Origin: Escherichia coli
Lineage (GTDB): Bacteria > Pseudomonadota > Gammaproteobacteria > Enterobacterales > Enterobacteriaceae
DNA: 64,000 nt
Reading direction: 5' to 3' (one strand)
NCBI RefSeq assembly: GCF_045037415.1
Contig: NZ_CP173438.1
Each line of letters opens with the position of its first letter. The stretch's first letter is position 1. The translations under genes were made by a program, and so were the position numbers. Below the pieces are notes generated by a model that saw only the letters and a list, made by a program, of their open reading frames with translations, was not told the origin of the DNA and made no database searches. Below, piece by piece: positions 28,662 to 37,171 of this stretch.

Positions 28662-29150
28662 TTACCCCAACCTCAAGTTCTTTAAACGATAAGTCATCGC
28701 ATCGTCAGATACGCCAAAATAATGCGCCATTATATAACTTGGTTGACCGTCAGCGTGCAGTTTTCTGACCTCATCTACCGGCATCAGAAGTTCTGCTGCG
28801 AACTTGTTTGCAAAAATTTCATCAGGATGCGTTCCGGCGCTTGCGGTTTCGCCACGTAAATCAACGTACTCATATTCATCGCTATGCGATGCTTGCCGGG
28901 CGATGTAATGCCCCAACTCATGCCCACATGAAAAACGTTGACGAACTTTGTTGTCATCACTGTTTAGAAAGATCGCTGGATCTTGATCTTTTTGTTTAAT
29001 CAGTGCGCCAGAAACTTTCCCAGGAAGATCGGTAATAAAAACATCTAATCCCATGTCGTGAGCAATTTTCGCTGGATCAACAGGGAAACCACGCCCGCAC
29101 CAGAACGTGTCCAGCACTCGCCGGGCGTGCTCTCTTGGGTTGGTAGCCAT
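28662..29150 (-). CDS. ImmA/IrrE-family (M78) zinc metallopeptidase, stand-alone
   Basis: 162 aa. HExxH in FSCGHELGHYIARQ. GGAGG RBS. No HTH domain or adjacent HTH gene. Confidence 0.8.
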   Translation of the reverse strand: MATNPREHARRVLDTFWCGRGFPVDPAKIAHDMGLDVFITDLPGKVSGALIKQKDQDPAIFLNSDDNKVRQRFSCGHELGHYIARQASHSDEYEYVDLRGETASAGTHPDEIFANKFAAELLMPVDEVRKLHADGQPSYIMAHYFGVSDDAMTYRLKNLRLG

Positions 29151-29548
29151 AGCTCCTCCAGTTACTGCATTACGATTATTGGTTGAAATATAGACAGCAT
29201 GTTCCGTACCACATTCCTGTAAAAGTGCAAATTCTGCACTTCTGGTACGATATTAACTGTTAGTAGTAAAGTCTTCCAGATAAATCACTTTAAAATCTTG
29301 TGAATTGCTTGCTTTTTACGCTGTATTGTGGATGGTTCAATGTTTCCAGTAAAAACATACATGATAATCATGAGTTTAGTGTTTTTTTAGGCGTCTATAT
29401 GTTTCTGGAAAATACAGGTCTAACCTGATCTTATCGTTGAGATTTTTTGTACTCAGTATGCGTGAACGATTCGACCAGGTGACTGTGTACGTGAAGAAGA
29501 CCGCCCTTAATATTTTAAATGTGCAACCCCTCAGAAGAGGGGCTACTC

Positions 29549-29782
29549 TCACTTCTGCAGTATCTCGCCAATACCTGCCAGATTCTCGTCCATCTTGTCA
29601 CCGTTTTCGATAAGGATGGAGTTGAGCCGATTCAGTTGCATAGCAATTTCAAGTTTGATTAAGGTATCCACCGATACACCAGTTTCTTTTGCTAACTTAG
29701 TAAGAGCCGCAGCTCGATTGGCTAAATTAAAATCATCGAACTCATAACGACTTCTGCACGGCTGGTTGCCTAACGTACCCAT
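29549..29782 (-). CDS. hypothetical protein
   Basis: 77-aa ORF with a GAGGAA RBS. Hairpin CCCCTC-agaa-GAGGGG just after the stop. Confidence 0.5.
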   Translation of the reverse strand: MGTLGNQPCRSRYEFDDFNLANRAAALTKLAKETGVSVDTLIKLEIAMQLNRLNSILIENGDKMDENLAGIGEILQK

Positions 29783-30025
29783 AGTGATTCCTCATGATAT
29801 AAAGACCCAACAATATAAATTACCAGGCACATCATAAGATAGGGTTCCAGCCCATATTTTCAAATATTTGCAAGTATCACCGTTCAGTCTAAAAAGTTGG
29901 ATGATGATTTAACGAGCCATAACAAAACCCTGCCTCGGAGGTTTTTTCTTTTTTATAGAACTCAGCGGCGTGAAAACGAATAATAAATTGTGCAAATAGT
30001 GCAGTTTTTATTATTCGAGGTAATT

Positions 30026-30667
30026 ATGAAAACCTTCTATGAGGACTGGCCTGAAACTTTCGTTAGCCGGTTAGATATGTTACGGGCGTTGGATGATCGC
30101 GGTTCGACCCGGAGGCTCTATCTTGAACGGACCGGGGCAATATTTGACGCTCTGGCAGAAGAGATACGTACAGTCGTTGCCGGGCATCCTGAAATCGACG
30201 TGAGTGAACTTGATATCGGGCCGCTGTATCGCTATTACAAACGTGGAGAAAAGGGGAATCCGCTGGCTGACTTACTTATTGAGTTGGCTCCACCAACTTG
30301 TGAACGGGTTCGTATATCTCCTGAAGTGTACATAATCCCGTATCTGTTTTTTGCACTGTTGATAGCGCAAGGCGCTGACAACGATGCCCGCGATTTTTTC
30401 AATATGATGATGCGACCGTTAATCATCGCCTACCGTTTCAAACAACTGGCGCGATACCTGGGAACAAAGGGCGGAGGACGACCACAGCACAGATTAAAAA
30501 GCGAAGCCATTGAACTGGCTGATCGTTTTTTTACTGAAAACCCGACAGCGCCATTATCGCGTGGCGTGCAATACATATCCGGTATTTTTGTGGCGAAATA
30601 CTCTGACCCACCTGCAGCGTCGACGATTAGAAAATGGTTAATTCCAATTTACAGGAGTGATAAATAA
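30026..30667 (+). CDS. hypothetical protein (cargo gene)
   Basis: 213 aa from the ATG with a GAGG RBS. No motif I recognise. Confidence 0.55.
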   Translation: MKTFYEDWPETFVSRLDMLRALDDRGSTRRLYLERTGAIFDALAEEIRTVVAGHPEIDVSELDIGPLYRYYKRGEKGNPLADLLIELAPPTCERVRISPEVYIIPYLFFALLIAQGADNDARDFFNMMMRPLIIAYRFKQLARYLGTKGGGRPQHRLKSEAIELADRFFTENPTAPLSRGVQYISGIFVAKYSDPPAASTIRKWLIPIYRSDK

Positions 30668-30760
30668 TGACCATAAACGGTTTAATCCCCTATAAAACCG
30701 TTTAATAAAATTCACGACGTGAATATAATTGTTCATTATTCCCTCATTGTATTTGGCGTT

Positions 30761-30796
30761 ATGACAAATGCCATAAAATACTGTATAAATATACAG
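30761..30796 (+). promoter_or_regulatory. sigma-70 promoter overlapped by a LexA (SOS) box
   Basis: ATGACA-N17-TATAAA. CTGTATAAATATACAG at 30781..30796 fits CTGT-N8-ACAG and the TACTGTATATATATACAGTA consensus. Confidence 0.6.
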
Positions 30797-30818
30797 GTTG
30801 TGGCATTGGGGGGAAGAC

Positions 30819-30998
30819 ATGAATATTCAAGAATCTATAGGCGAACTACCGGAAACATGCCGGGCTGTTATCAAGCGTAAGGACGGACACATCGTTGGTG
30901 TGCGTGTTCTGACCGATGATGAGCGGATTGCCAGCCTGATGGCGTTTCTCGAGTTGGCAGAAATAGCTGGATATACTATTACACCCCCTGACGCGTAA
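30819..30998 (+). CDS. small SOS-controlled protein (antirepressor candidate)
   Basis: 59 aa. ATG directly after GGGGGGAAGAC. First ORF downstream of the LexA box. Confidence 0.45.
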   Translation: MNIQESIGELPETCRAVIKRKDGHIVGVRVLTDDERIASLMAFLELAEIAGYTITPPDA

Positions 30999-31075
30999 AA
31001 CACGGTATAATATCGGTGCTGGATTGAACACCCGGCATCATTTTCTGAACACTGCCGCGCCACCTGGAGTTAACC

Positions 31076-31672
31076 ATGGCGCAGCATTCATTTATCAGGG
31101 TATCCGGCGGTTCGCTAATACCCGCGACACCAGACACGCAACGCTGGTTGACTGAACGAGTCAAACCAGGTGCTGTTGTGTATGCAGATTTCAAACAGGC
31201 GCGTAATCCCGCGTTTCATCGTAAATTTTTCTCACTTCTCAACCTGGGCTTTGATTACTGGCATCCGTCCGGAGGGGCTATTTCTCCTGCGGAGCGCGAA
31301 CTGGTTCACGGCTACGTTAAGTTACTGGCGTATTACGGTGGACACGGTGATGTCATGGCAGAGCTGGCTGATCAGTATCTTCTCGATGAGTCGGAAAAGC
31401 GCGCGGGGAGTATCAGTGCGGTGAAGTCGTTCGAGGCGTTTCGCGCATGGGCGATTATGGAAGCTGGGTTTTATGACGTTCATCAGATGCCAGACGGCAG
31501 TTTGATGCGCGTACCTCGTTCAATCTCGTTTGCAGCGATGGACGATCTTGAGTTCGGTCAACTGTATTCAGCCGTTTTAGATGTGCTGTGGAATTATATT
31601 TTGTTCCGCACATTTGCCTCTCAGGAGGCCGCTGAAAATGCCGCCGCGCAGCTGCTGGATTACACATCATGA
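31076..31672 (+). CDS. DUF1367-like nin-region protein
   Basis: 198 aa. N-terminal pattern FIRVSGGSLIPATPDTQRWL...ADFKQARNPAFHRKFFSLL resembles DUF1367 as I recall it. Confidence 0.55.
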   Translation: MAQHSFIRVSGGSLIPATPDTQRWLTERVKPGAVVYADFKQARNPAFHRKFFSLLNLGFDYWHPSGGAISPAERELVHGYVKLLAYYGGHGDVMAELADQYLLDESEKRAGSISAVKSFEAFRAWAIMEAGFYDVHQMPDGSLMRVPRSISFAAMDDLEFGQLYSAVLDVLWNYILFRTFASQEAAENAAAQLLDYTS

Positions 31673-31962
31673 AAAAAATCGACCTGAGAAAAGCTGCACG
31701 CAGTCGCGCTTGTACTGTGCGTATCCCCGGTGTGTGCAATCACAATCCTGAAACCAGCGTACTGGCTCATTATCGTCTCGCCGGAACGTGCGGCACAGCC
31801 ATCAAACCTCACGATATGCAGGGCGCTATCGCCTGCAGTGCGTGTCACGATGCCATCGACGGACGTACAAAAACGGATTACGAGCACGACTCATTGTTGT
31901 TGATGCACGCTGAGGGAGTTTTCAGAACACTGGCTATCTGGCGCGATGAGGAGTTTATCTGA
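31669..31962 (+). CDS. YbcO-like protein (DUF1364)
   Basis: 97 aa. DLRKAARSRACTVRIPGVCNHNPETSVLAHYRL...ACSACHDAIDGR closely parallels DLP12 YbcO. Confidence 0.75.
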   Translation: MKKIDLRKAARSRACTVRIPGVCNHNPETSVLAHYRLAGTCGTAIKPHDMQGAIACSACHDAIDGRTKTDYEHDSLLLMHAEGVFRTLAIWRDEEFI

Positions 31963-32633
31963 TGAGTAACGAGTATTTATTGGAATATACCCGCATAAAA
32001 CTGCGCGCTGCATTGCGGGATTTGTCTGGTGGTTCTAAGGGGCAACTGGAAGCATTGTGTGAGCACCCACCGGCAGACAAAAACGCATACCCACGCAAAC
32101 ATATTCACCGTGTGCAGCTGGAGGACCGGACCGTTGATGCTCTGGTTACGCCAGTTTACGCTCTGGAAAGTTTCAGCAGACGTCGCCCCGCGCCGCCGAT
32201 GAGTGATTTTGAATTTGCTGATTCATCCTGGCGGCGTTCTGTGAACTCGCTGGATGCAAGTCAGCAAGCGTGGTTGCGTTATTGCTACGGTGGTAACCTG
32301 GCATTCAAACACCAAACAGCTATTTGTGAGGCTGTCTGGAGTCGCTATAAAGGAAACATCCCCGCGTCAACTCAGAGAAAAGTAGTTAAGCGCCTGCTTT
32401 CGTTGGTGTGGTTGTCCGTGCAGGCGGTCGCAGCAGCAAATAAACGCGAGGATTTTAAGGAGATGGCCGGATCTACCCTAGCAGGAATGCTGTCGGTTTC
32501 TCGTTCCACCTGGTGCGAAACATACTCCCTGCACTGGGTAGGAATGAAAGAGGCGGTGAGAGCACTTGATGAAGTGGCACTTCTTGCAACTTTGCATCAT
32601 TATCAGAACCATTTAGACGACGTTTGCGTATAA
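31962..32633 (+). CDS. late-gene antiterminator Q-like protein
   Basis: 223 aa. Immediately upstream of a promoter and terminator leader and the lysis genes. QAWLRYCYGG region resembles the Phage_antitermQ family. Confidence 0.6.
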   Translation: MSNEYLLEYTRIKLRAALRDLSGGSKGQLEALCEHPPADKNAYPRKHIHRVQLEDRTVDALVTPVYALESFSRRRPAPPMSDFEFADSSWRRSVNSLDASQQAWLRYCYGGNLAFKHQTAICEAVWSRYKGNIPASTQRKVVKRLLSLVWLSVQAVAAANKREDFKEMAGSTLAGMLSVSRSTWCETYSLHWVGMKEAVRALDEVALLATLHHYQNHLDDVCV

Positions 32634-32745
32634 TGCTTGCAAAAACGAACAAAATAGGCCATATTTGACGCTAATTTGGTATGTTGCCAAATTTCTAAGA
32701 ACCTCGCCACGGCGGGGTTTTGTCGTTTCTGAATCAGGAAAAATC
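32634..32745 (+). promoter_or_regulatory. late operon leader: PR'-type promoter candidates plus tR'-like terminator
   Basis: TTGCAA-N17-CATATT (32637..32665). Hairpin CCTCGCC..GGCGGGG plus TTTT at 32702..32721, before the holin ATG. Confidence 0.45.
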
Positions 32746-33129
32746 ATGTCTGAACCTCTAACCGCTGGCGTTGCTGCTGGCTCGGCGGGGGTGACGTTTG
32801 CTGCGTTATTTCCTGAGGCAACACCTGCAGTGATGATCTGTGCGCTGGCAGGCGCAGCTCTCTATGTGTTGTCGTCCGGGCAGCATCGATTCTGGAAGCA
32901 GGTTATTTTCGCACTCATTTCGTTTGTTGGCGGTGTGTATTGCGCTGAGACAGCGTCAGCCATCATTACCGGTATTCTGAACGCGGTGCTGAGTCACCTG
33001 AACCCTCCCGTAACAGTAAAAGTCTCTCCCGCCATTGGTGCACTGGTTGCATCAGTAATCAGCGTTACATCACTGTTGCGGATCATGTCACAAGCTCGTT
33101 TATGGAAATCAGATAAGGGGATGAAATAA
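32746..33129 (+). CDS. holin candidate
   Basis: 127 aa from the ATG with several TM segments. First gene of the late operon. The track start at 32665 is a TTG inside the leader. Confidence 0.6.
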   Translation: MSEPLTAGVAAGSAGVTFAALFPEATPAVMICALAGAALYVLSSGQHRFWKQVIFALISFVGGVYCAETASAIITGILNAVLSHLNPPVTVKVSPAIGALVASVISVTSLLRIMSQARLWKSDKGMK

Positions 33130-33401
33130 TGACCCTGCACTCTGTCCTCATCAATGCCAATGCAATTATTTGTCTGATGTTGGCACTACGGTTGATGTTT
33201 TTTCAAAAAACAGGCCGCTATCGTTTTTTCATCTCACTAACTGCTTACCTCGCGATTCTGTCTGCTGCGTGGATAGCCCTACGAATTTTTTACGGGAAAT
33301 ATACGCAGGTTGATCCCGCAGAGTTCTTTCTCAACCTCACCATCTGTATTGCTGTCTGGCGGGCACGAGGGAATATTTCAAAAATAACAGGAGACAGGTA
33401 A
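33129..33401 (+). CDS. second small membrane protein (holin or antiholin candidate)
   Basis: 90 aa with three hydrophobic helices. ATGA overlap with neighbours. Confidence 0.55.
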   Translation: MTLHSVLINANAIICLMLALRLMFFQKTGRYRFFISLTAYLAILSAAWIALRIFYGKYTQVDPAEFFLNLTICIAVWRARGNISKITGDR

Positions 33402-33880
33402 TGACGGATCCTAAATGGCTAATCGAGGCTCGAAAAAACCTCGGCATTCGGGAAATGAAAGGGAAGCAACATGCTGCAGAAATTGTGCAGTACTGGAAAG
33501 ATATCAAACGCGGCGGCATTAAGGATGACGAAACACCGTGGTGCGCTGCTTTCACCGGGGCAATGCTGGAACGTGCGGGTATTCGCTCAACGCGTTTTGA
33601 GTCTGCGAATTCTTATCTCGATTGGGGTAATGAACTGAAGGAACCCGCCTATGGATGCATTGCTATTCTGTCTCGGTCTGGCGGTGGTCACGTCGGCTTT
33701 GTTGTCGGGAAAAATGCCGCCGGGGATTTAATGATTTTGGGGGGCAACCAGGCAGATGAAGTAAATATCAAAGCTTTTCCTCGTTCCCGCGTAACAGGCT
33801 ACCGCTGGCCAGCAGGTCAAACGGATGTTCCACAATCACTTCCATTGGTGAATGCTGAGAAATCTATCTCAGAAGCGTAG
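33401..33880 (+). CDS. endolysin candidate (NlpC/P60-CHAP-like, TIGR02594-type)
   Basis: 159 aa. TPWCAAFTG...GGGHVGFVVG pattern (Cys/His). Position after the holins. Confidence 0.7.
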   Translation: MTDPKWLIEARKNLGIREMKGKQHAAEIVQYWKDIKRGGIKDDETPWCAAFTGAMLERAGIRSTRFESANSYLDWGNELKEPAYGCIAILSRSGGGHVGFVVGKNAAGDLMILGGNQADEVNIKAFPRSRVTGYRWPAGQTDVPQSLPLVNAEKSISEA

Positions 33881-33887
33881 GTAAAAC

Positions 33888-34082
33888 GTGAAAAAACTTC
33901 TCTTAGCTGTCGCGTTCTTCACGCTGGCAGGCTGCACACATTCGACATACACCGAAGCGACTCGCGCTGACGGCAGCAGTATTAAACACGTGATGATCGC
34001 GCCGGGTACGAAGATTACTACTGCGAACGGTGGTTGTATTGATTCAACCGGGGCAGAGGCTTCATGCCTTGGTGGAAAATAG
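33888..34082 (+). CDS. small lipoprotein at the end of the lysis cassette
   Basis: 64 aa with GTG start. Lipobox FFTLAGC. Confidence 0.55.
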   Translation: MKKLLLAVAFFTLAGCTHSTYTEATRADGSSIKHVMIAPGTKITTANGGCIDSTGAEASCLGGK

Positions 34083-34141
34083 GGTAATTTACTTTAACGA
34101 GAGGCCGCCTTTTTGTTTTAAGGCGGCACACATTCAACAGA

Positions 34142-34402
34142 TTAAGGTAACTGATTTGACCATTTTGTTGCGCGCCAGTTGTTCTGAACCATAATCTTCT
34201 GAAGTATCTCATCTGAAGGCTCTGCTTCGCCGCTTAGCCATTCTCTTAAAGTTGAACAATTTAGATAAGAGGAGTTCGCACGATAAAAAGATACGATGGC
34301 GTCCTCTGATAACTTCTCAGGAAACTTTTTTGGGTCAGCTTCTTTTAATATTACGCTCATTAAGGCTTCAATTTTTTCTCTGTTCATTTTTTGCGTTCTC
34401 AT
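34142..34402 (-). CDS. hypothetical protein (weak call)
   Basis: 86-aa ORF on the opposite strand between the lysis and packaging genes. No clear RBS. Confidence 0.4.
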   Translation of the reverse strand: MRTQKMNREKIEALMSVILKEADPKKFPEKLSEDAIVSFYRANSSYLNCSTLREWLSGEAEPSDEILQKIMVQNNWRATKWSNQLP

Positions 34403-34755
34403 GGTTGTTGTTTTTCTGTAATGATATCAATAAGTTCAAGATATATACATATATGGAAAACTTGTTCGGTAGTCTATCGATACAGCACAAAAGGATGGCT
34501 CGCTGCCAAAGTGAAAGCTTACGCTGATAATCAGATACACAAAGCTGATGTATGCAAACAAGTACGCCGCGAGGCTACAGTTGAGTTTGATGAACCTGAT
34601 GCGAGCCCCTAATTCCTGTCCTGAAAGGGAGATAGCCCCCTGGTCGCGGGTCCTTTCCGAAATCCAAAACACCGAGGGTCGGTAGACGCGCAAAAACTCG
34701 CTCGTTTTTAGTATTTTTTCATTTTGGGTATTTCCGGTTCCGGTGAGGATTTTTA

Positions 34756-35322
34756 ATGGCAAGTCAGGCTGAGGTTGCAGCACATTTACTGCTATCTGAT
34801 CGTCGTCTGCGCGATCTCGCAAAACTTCCGGGAGCACCAGTCCCACAAGGACGTGGTGATTGGGAGCTAGACGCATGGCGCCATTTTTATATTCGTTATC
34901 TCCGGAGCAATAGACGCGACACAACTAGTAATGACGAACCGGAAGCGGGGGACAATTCTCCCGAAAAAAATCGCGAGCAGTGGCTGAAAAATGAGGAACG
35001 ACAGGAGCGAATCCTGATGGCACGAGTAAAACGCCGCATTCTCGCTAAACGCTACGCGCCAATTGAATTAATTAGCGTCGCTGTATCTCGCGTCGCCGTT
35101 GAATTACGTACCCGCGTCGAGTCGTGGCCACCACGCCTGAAAAAGGTCTGGCCGGAGATGCCGCAAGAGGCGAGCAGTGTATTACGAGAGGAGCTGGCGA
35201 TAGCCTTAAATGAGTTGTCAGACATACGAATCGACTTCAGCGATTACGATGTCAGCGATATCGAACGCGATCTCGACAGGGTTGAATCCCTTGCGCGTGA
35301 CGATACCGATGACGGGTGTTGA
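34756..35322 (+). CDS. terminase small subunit (Nu1-like)
   Basis: 188 aa. N-terminal QAEVAAHLLLSDRRLRDLAKLPGAPV (HTH) like lambda Nu1. Directly upstream of the large subunit. Confidence 0.7.
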   Translation: MASQAEVAAHLLLSDRRLRDLAKLPGAPVPQGRGDWELDAWRHFYIRYLRSNRRDTTSNDEPEAGDNSPEKNREQWLKNEERQERILMARVKRRILAKRYAPIELISVAVSRVAVELRTRVESWPPRLKKVWPEMPQEASSVLREELAIALNELSDIRIDFSDYDVSDIERDLDRVESLARDDTDDGC

Positions 35323-37171
35323 GTGGGCTGATAAATATTTTTATCTCCCTGAGGGCTCCAGCCACATCGCTGGGCACTGGACGACTCAGCCGGTCCAGGT
35401 AGTGATGCTCAATATGATGACGAACGACGCGATAAAAATCGTGTCTGTTCGCAAATCAGCTCGTCTCGGTTATACAAAAATACTCGTCGCGGCGCTGCTC
35501 TATTTCGCTGAGCACAAAAAACGTAGTGCCGTGGTCTATCAGCCTATCGATGACGAATCGGATGGATTTGTCGCCGACGAGGTTGACCCCGCTATCGCCG
35601 AAATGCCAGTGATTCAGAAAATTTTCCCCGACTGGGATAAAAGCAACGAGCGTAACAATCTCCAGCGTAAAGAAATGAGCGGCGCGATTCTTGATTTTCG
35701 CGGCGCGAGTGCACCAGGAAATTTCCGGCGACTAACGAAACAGGTTGTCGAGGGTGACGAAGTTGACGGCTGGCCGCTGGAAGTTGCCAAAAAAGGCAAA
35801 GGCGAGGGCTCGCCCATCGAACTGGCGCTCGTTCGAATTAAAGGGGCAGCGTACCCGAAGGCGATTTTTGGTTCGACGCCGACCGTTACCGGCAAAAGTC
35901 ATATCGAAATGCTCGAAGACGCTGCCGATCTGACGTTTCGTTTTTACCTGACATGTCCGCATTGTGGCGAGGAGCAGGTCCTGGTATTTGGTTTCGACGG
36001 TATCGAATACGGCCTCAAATGGGATAACAGCCTGCAGACCAATGAGGCGAAATCGTCGTCCGCGTATTACCAGTGCTGCCACTGCCCGGAACATTTTTAC
36101 TATCGCGATCTCGAAAAAATGGAGTTCGGGGGGCGCTGGATAGCCGAGGACTGCACCTGGACCCGAGACGGCATTCATTTTTTTGATCATGACGGTGGCG
36201 TCGTTCGCGCGCCGAAACACGCTGCGATCGTGATAAACGCCCTGTATTCACTAAACCTCGATGGATGGGGCGAGATTGTCAGCGAGTGGCTGAAAGCGAA
36301 AGGCGACCCGCTCAAGGAAAAGACGTTTCATAACACGACGCTCGGCGAACTCTGGAGCGACGTGGCCAGCGAGCAGCTGGAGCACGATATTCTGGTTAAT
36401 CGCCGGGAAAAATACGCCAGCCAGGTTCCTGACGGTGTTGTTTATATAACCGGCGGCATCGACTCTCAGACGTCCGGGCGCTACGAGTGTTATGTGTGGG
36501 GCTGGGGAGCCGAGGAGGAGTGCTGGCTGATTGATAAAACAATCGTCCTCGGTCGCTACGACGAGGAGGACACGCTGCAGCGCGTCGACGGAGTGATTCG
36601 CAAACAATACCGGCGCAGCGACGGGACCACAATCGGCGTCAGTCGCTGGGCGTGGGATACCGGTGGTATAGATGCGCAGGTCGTTTATAACCGCTCGCTG
36701 AAACTCGGTCCGCTGTGGGTCATTCCAATCAAGGGCGCGAGCTCATACGGCCAGCCGGTCGTAAATATGCCTCGTACCCGTAACGCGAATAAAGTGTATT
36801 TGTCGTTGATTGGGACAGATACAGCGAAAGACCTGCTCGCAATGCGCCTGCAGCTGGAACCCGACTCCAAATCGGCGACACCAGGTGCGATTCATTTTCC
36901 CAACGACGACGAAATATTCAGCACGACAGAGGCAAAACAGCTCGTCTCCGAGGTTCTGATCCCGAAACTCATTAACGGTCGCGTCGTTTATCGTTGGGAC
37001 AACCAGGGCCGGCGAAATGAGGCGCTCGACTGCTGGGTGTACGGACTGGCAGCGCTGCGTATCAGTAAAATTCGTTTCCAGCTCAATCTCGAGACGCTCG
37101 CTGAGCAACGGAAAAAATCACAAAACAAACTGTCTCTCGAGGAGATGGCCAGAATGCTCGGAGGGAGCTAA
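35210..37171 (+). CDS. terminase large subunit (lambda gpA-like)
   Basis: Collinear with lambda gpA (VEWADKYFYLP, SARLGYTK, CPHCGEEQ, IKGAS.YG, NEALDC). Start is 35210 or 35249. Confidence 0.92.
   Translation: MSCQTYESTSAITMSAISNAISTGLNPLRVTIPMTGVEWADKYFYLPEGSSHIAGHWTTQPVQVVMLNMMTNDAIKIVSVRKSARLGYTKILVAALLYFAEHKKRSAVVYQPIDDESDGFVADEVDPAIAEMPVIQKIFPDWDKSNERNNLQRKEMSGAILDFRGASAPGNFRRLTKQVVEGDEVDGWPLEVAKKGKGEGSPIELALVRIKGAAYPKAIFGSTPTVTGKSHIEMLEDAADLTFRFYLTCPHCGEEQVLVFGFDGIEYGLKWDNSLQTNEAKSSSAYYQCCHCPEHFYYRDLEKMEFGGRWIAEDCTWTRDGIHFFDHDGGVVRAPKHAAIVINALYSLNLDGWGEIVSEWLKAKGDPLKEKTFHNTTLGELWSDVASEQLEHDILVNRREKYASQVPDGVVYITGGIDSQTSGRYECYVWGWGAEEECWLIDKTIVLGRYDEEDTLQRVDGVIRKQYRRSDGTTIGVSRWAWDTGGIDAQVVYNRSLKLGPLWVIPIKGASSYGQPVVNMPRTRNANKVYLSLIGTDTAKDLLAMRLQLEPDSKSATPGAIHFPNDDEIFSTTEAKQLVSEVLIPKLINGRVVYRWDNQGRRNEALDCWVYGLAALRISKIRFQLNLETLAEQRKKSQNKLSLEEMARMLGGS

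Noticed and set aside
34600-34755. Possible cos site upstream of the Nu1-like gene, for example GGGTCGGTAGAC, vaguely like lambda GGGCGGCGACCT.
   Set aside because: The resemblance is weak and I cannot define the cohesive ends from sequence alone. Only the general expectation that cos lies here is retained.
34436-34924. 162-aa minus-strand ORF.
   Set aside because: It overlaps the start of the Nu1-like terminase gene on the opposite strand and spans the non-coding cos-proximal region, with no RBS.
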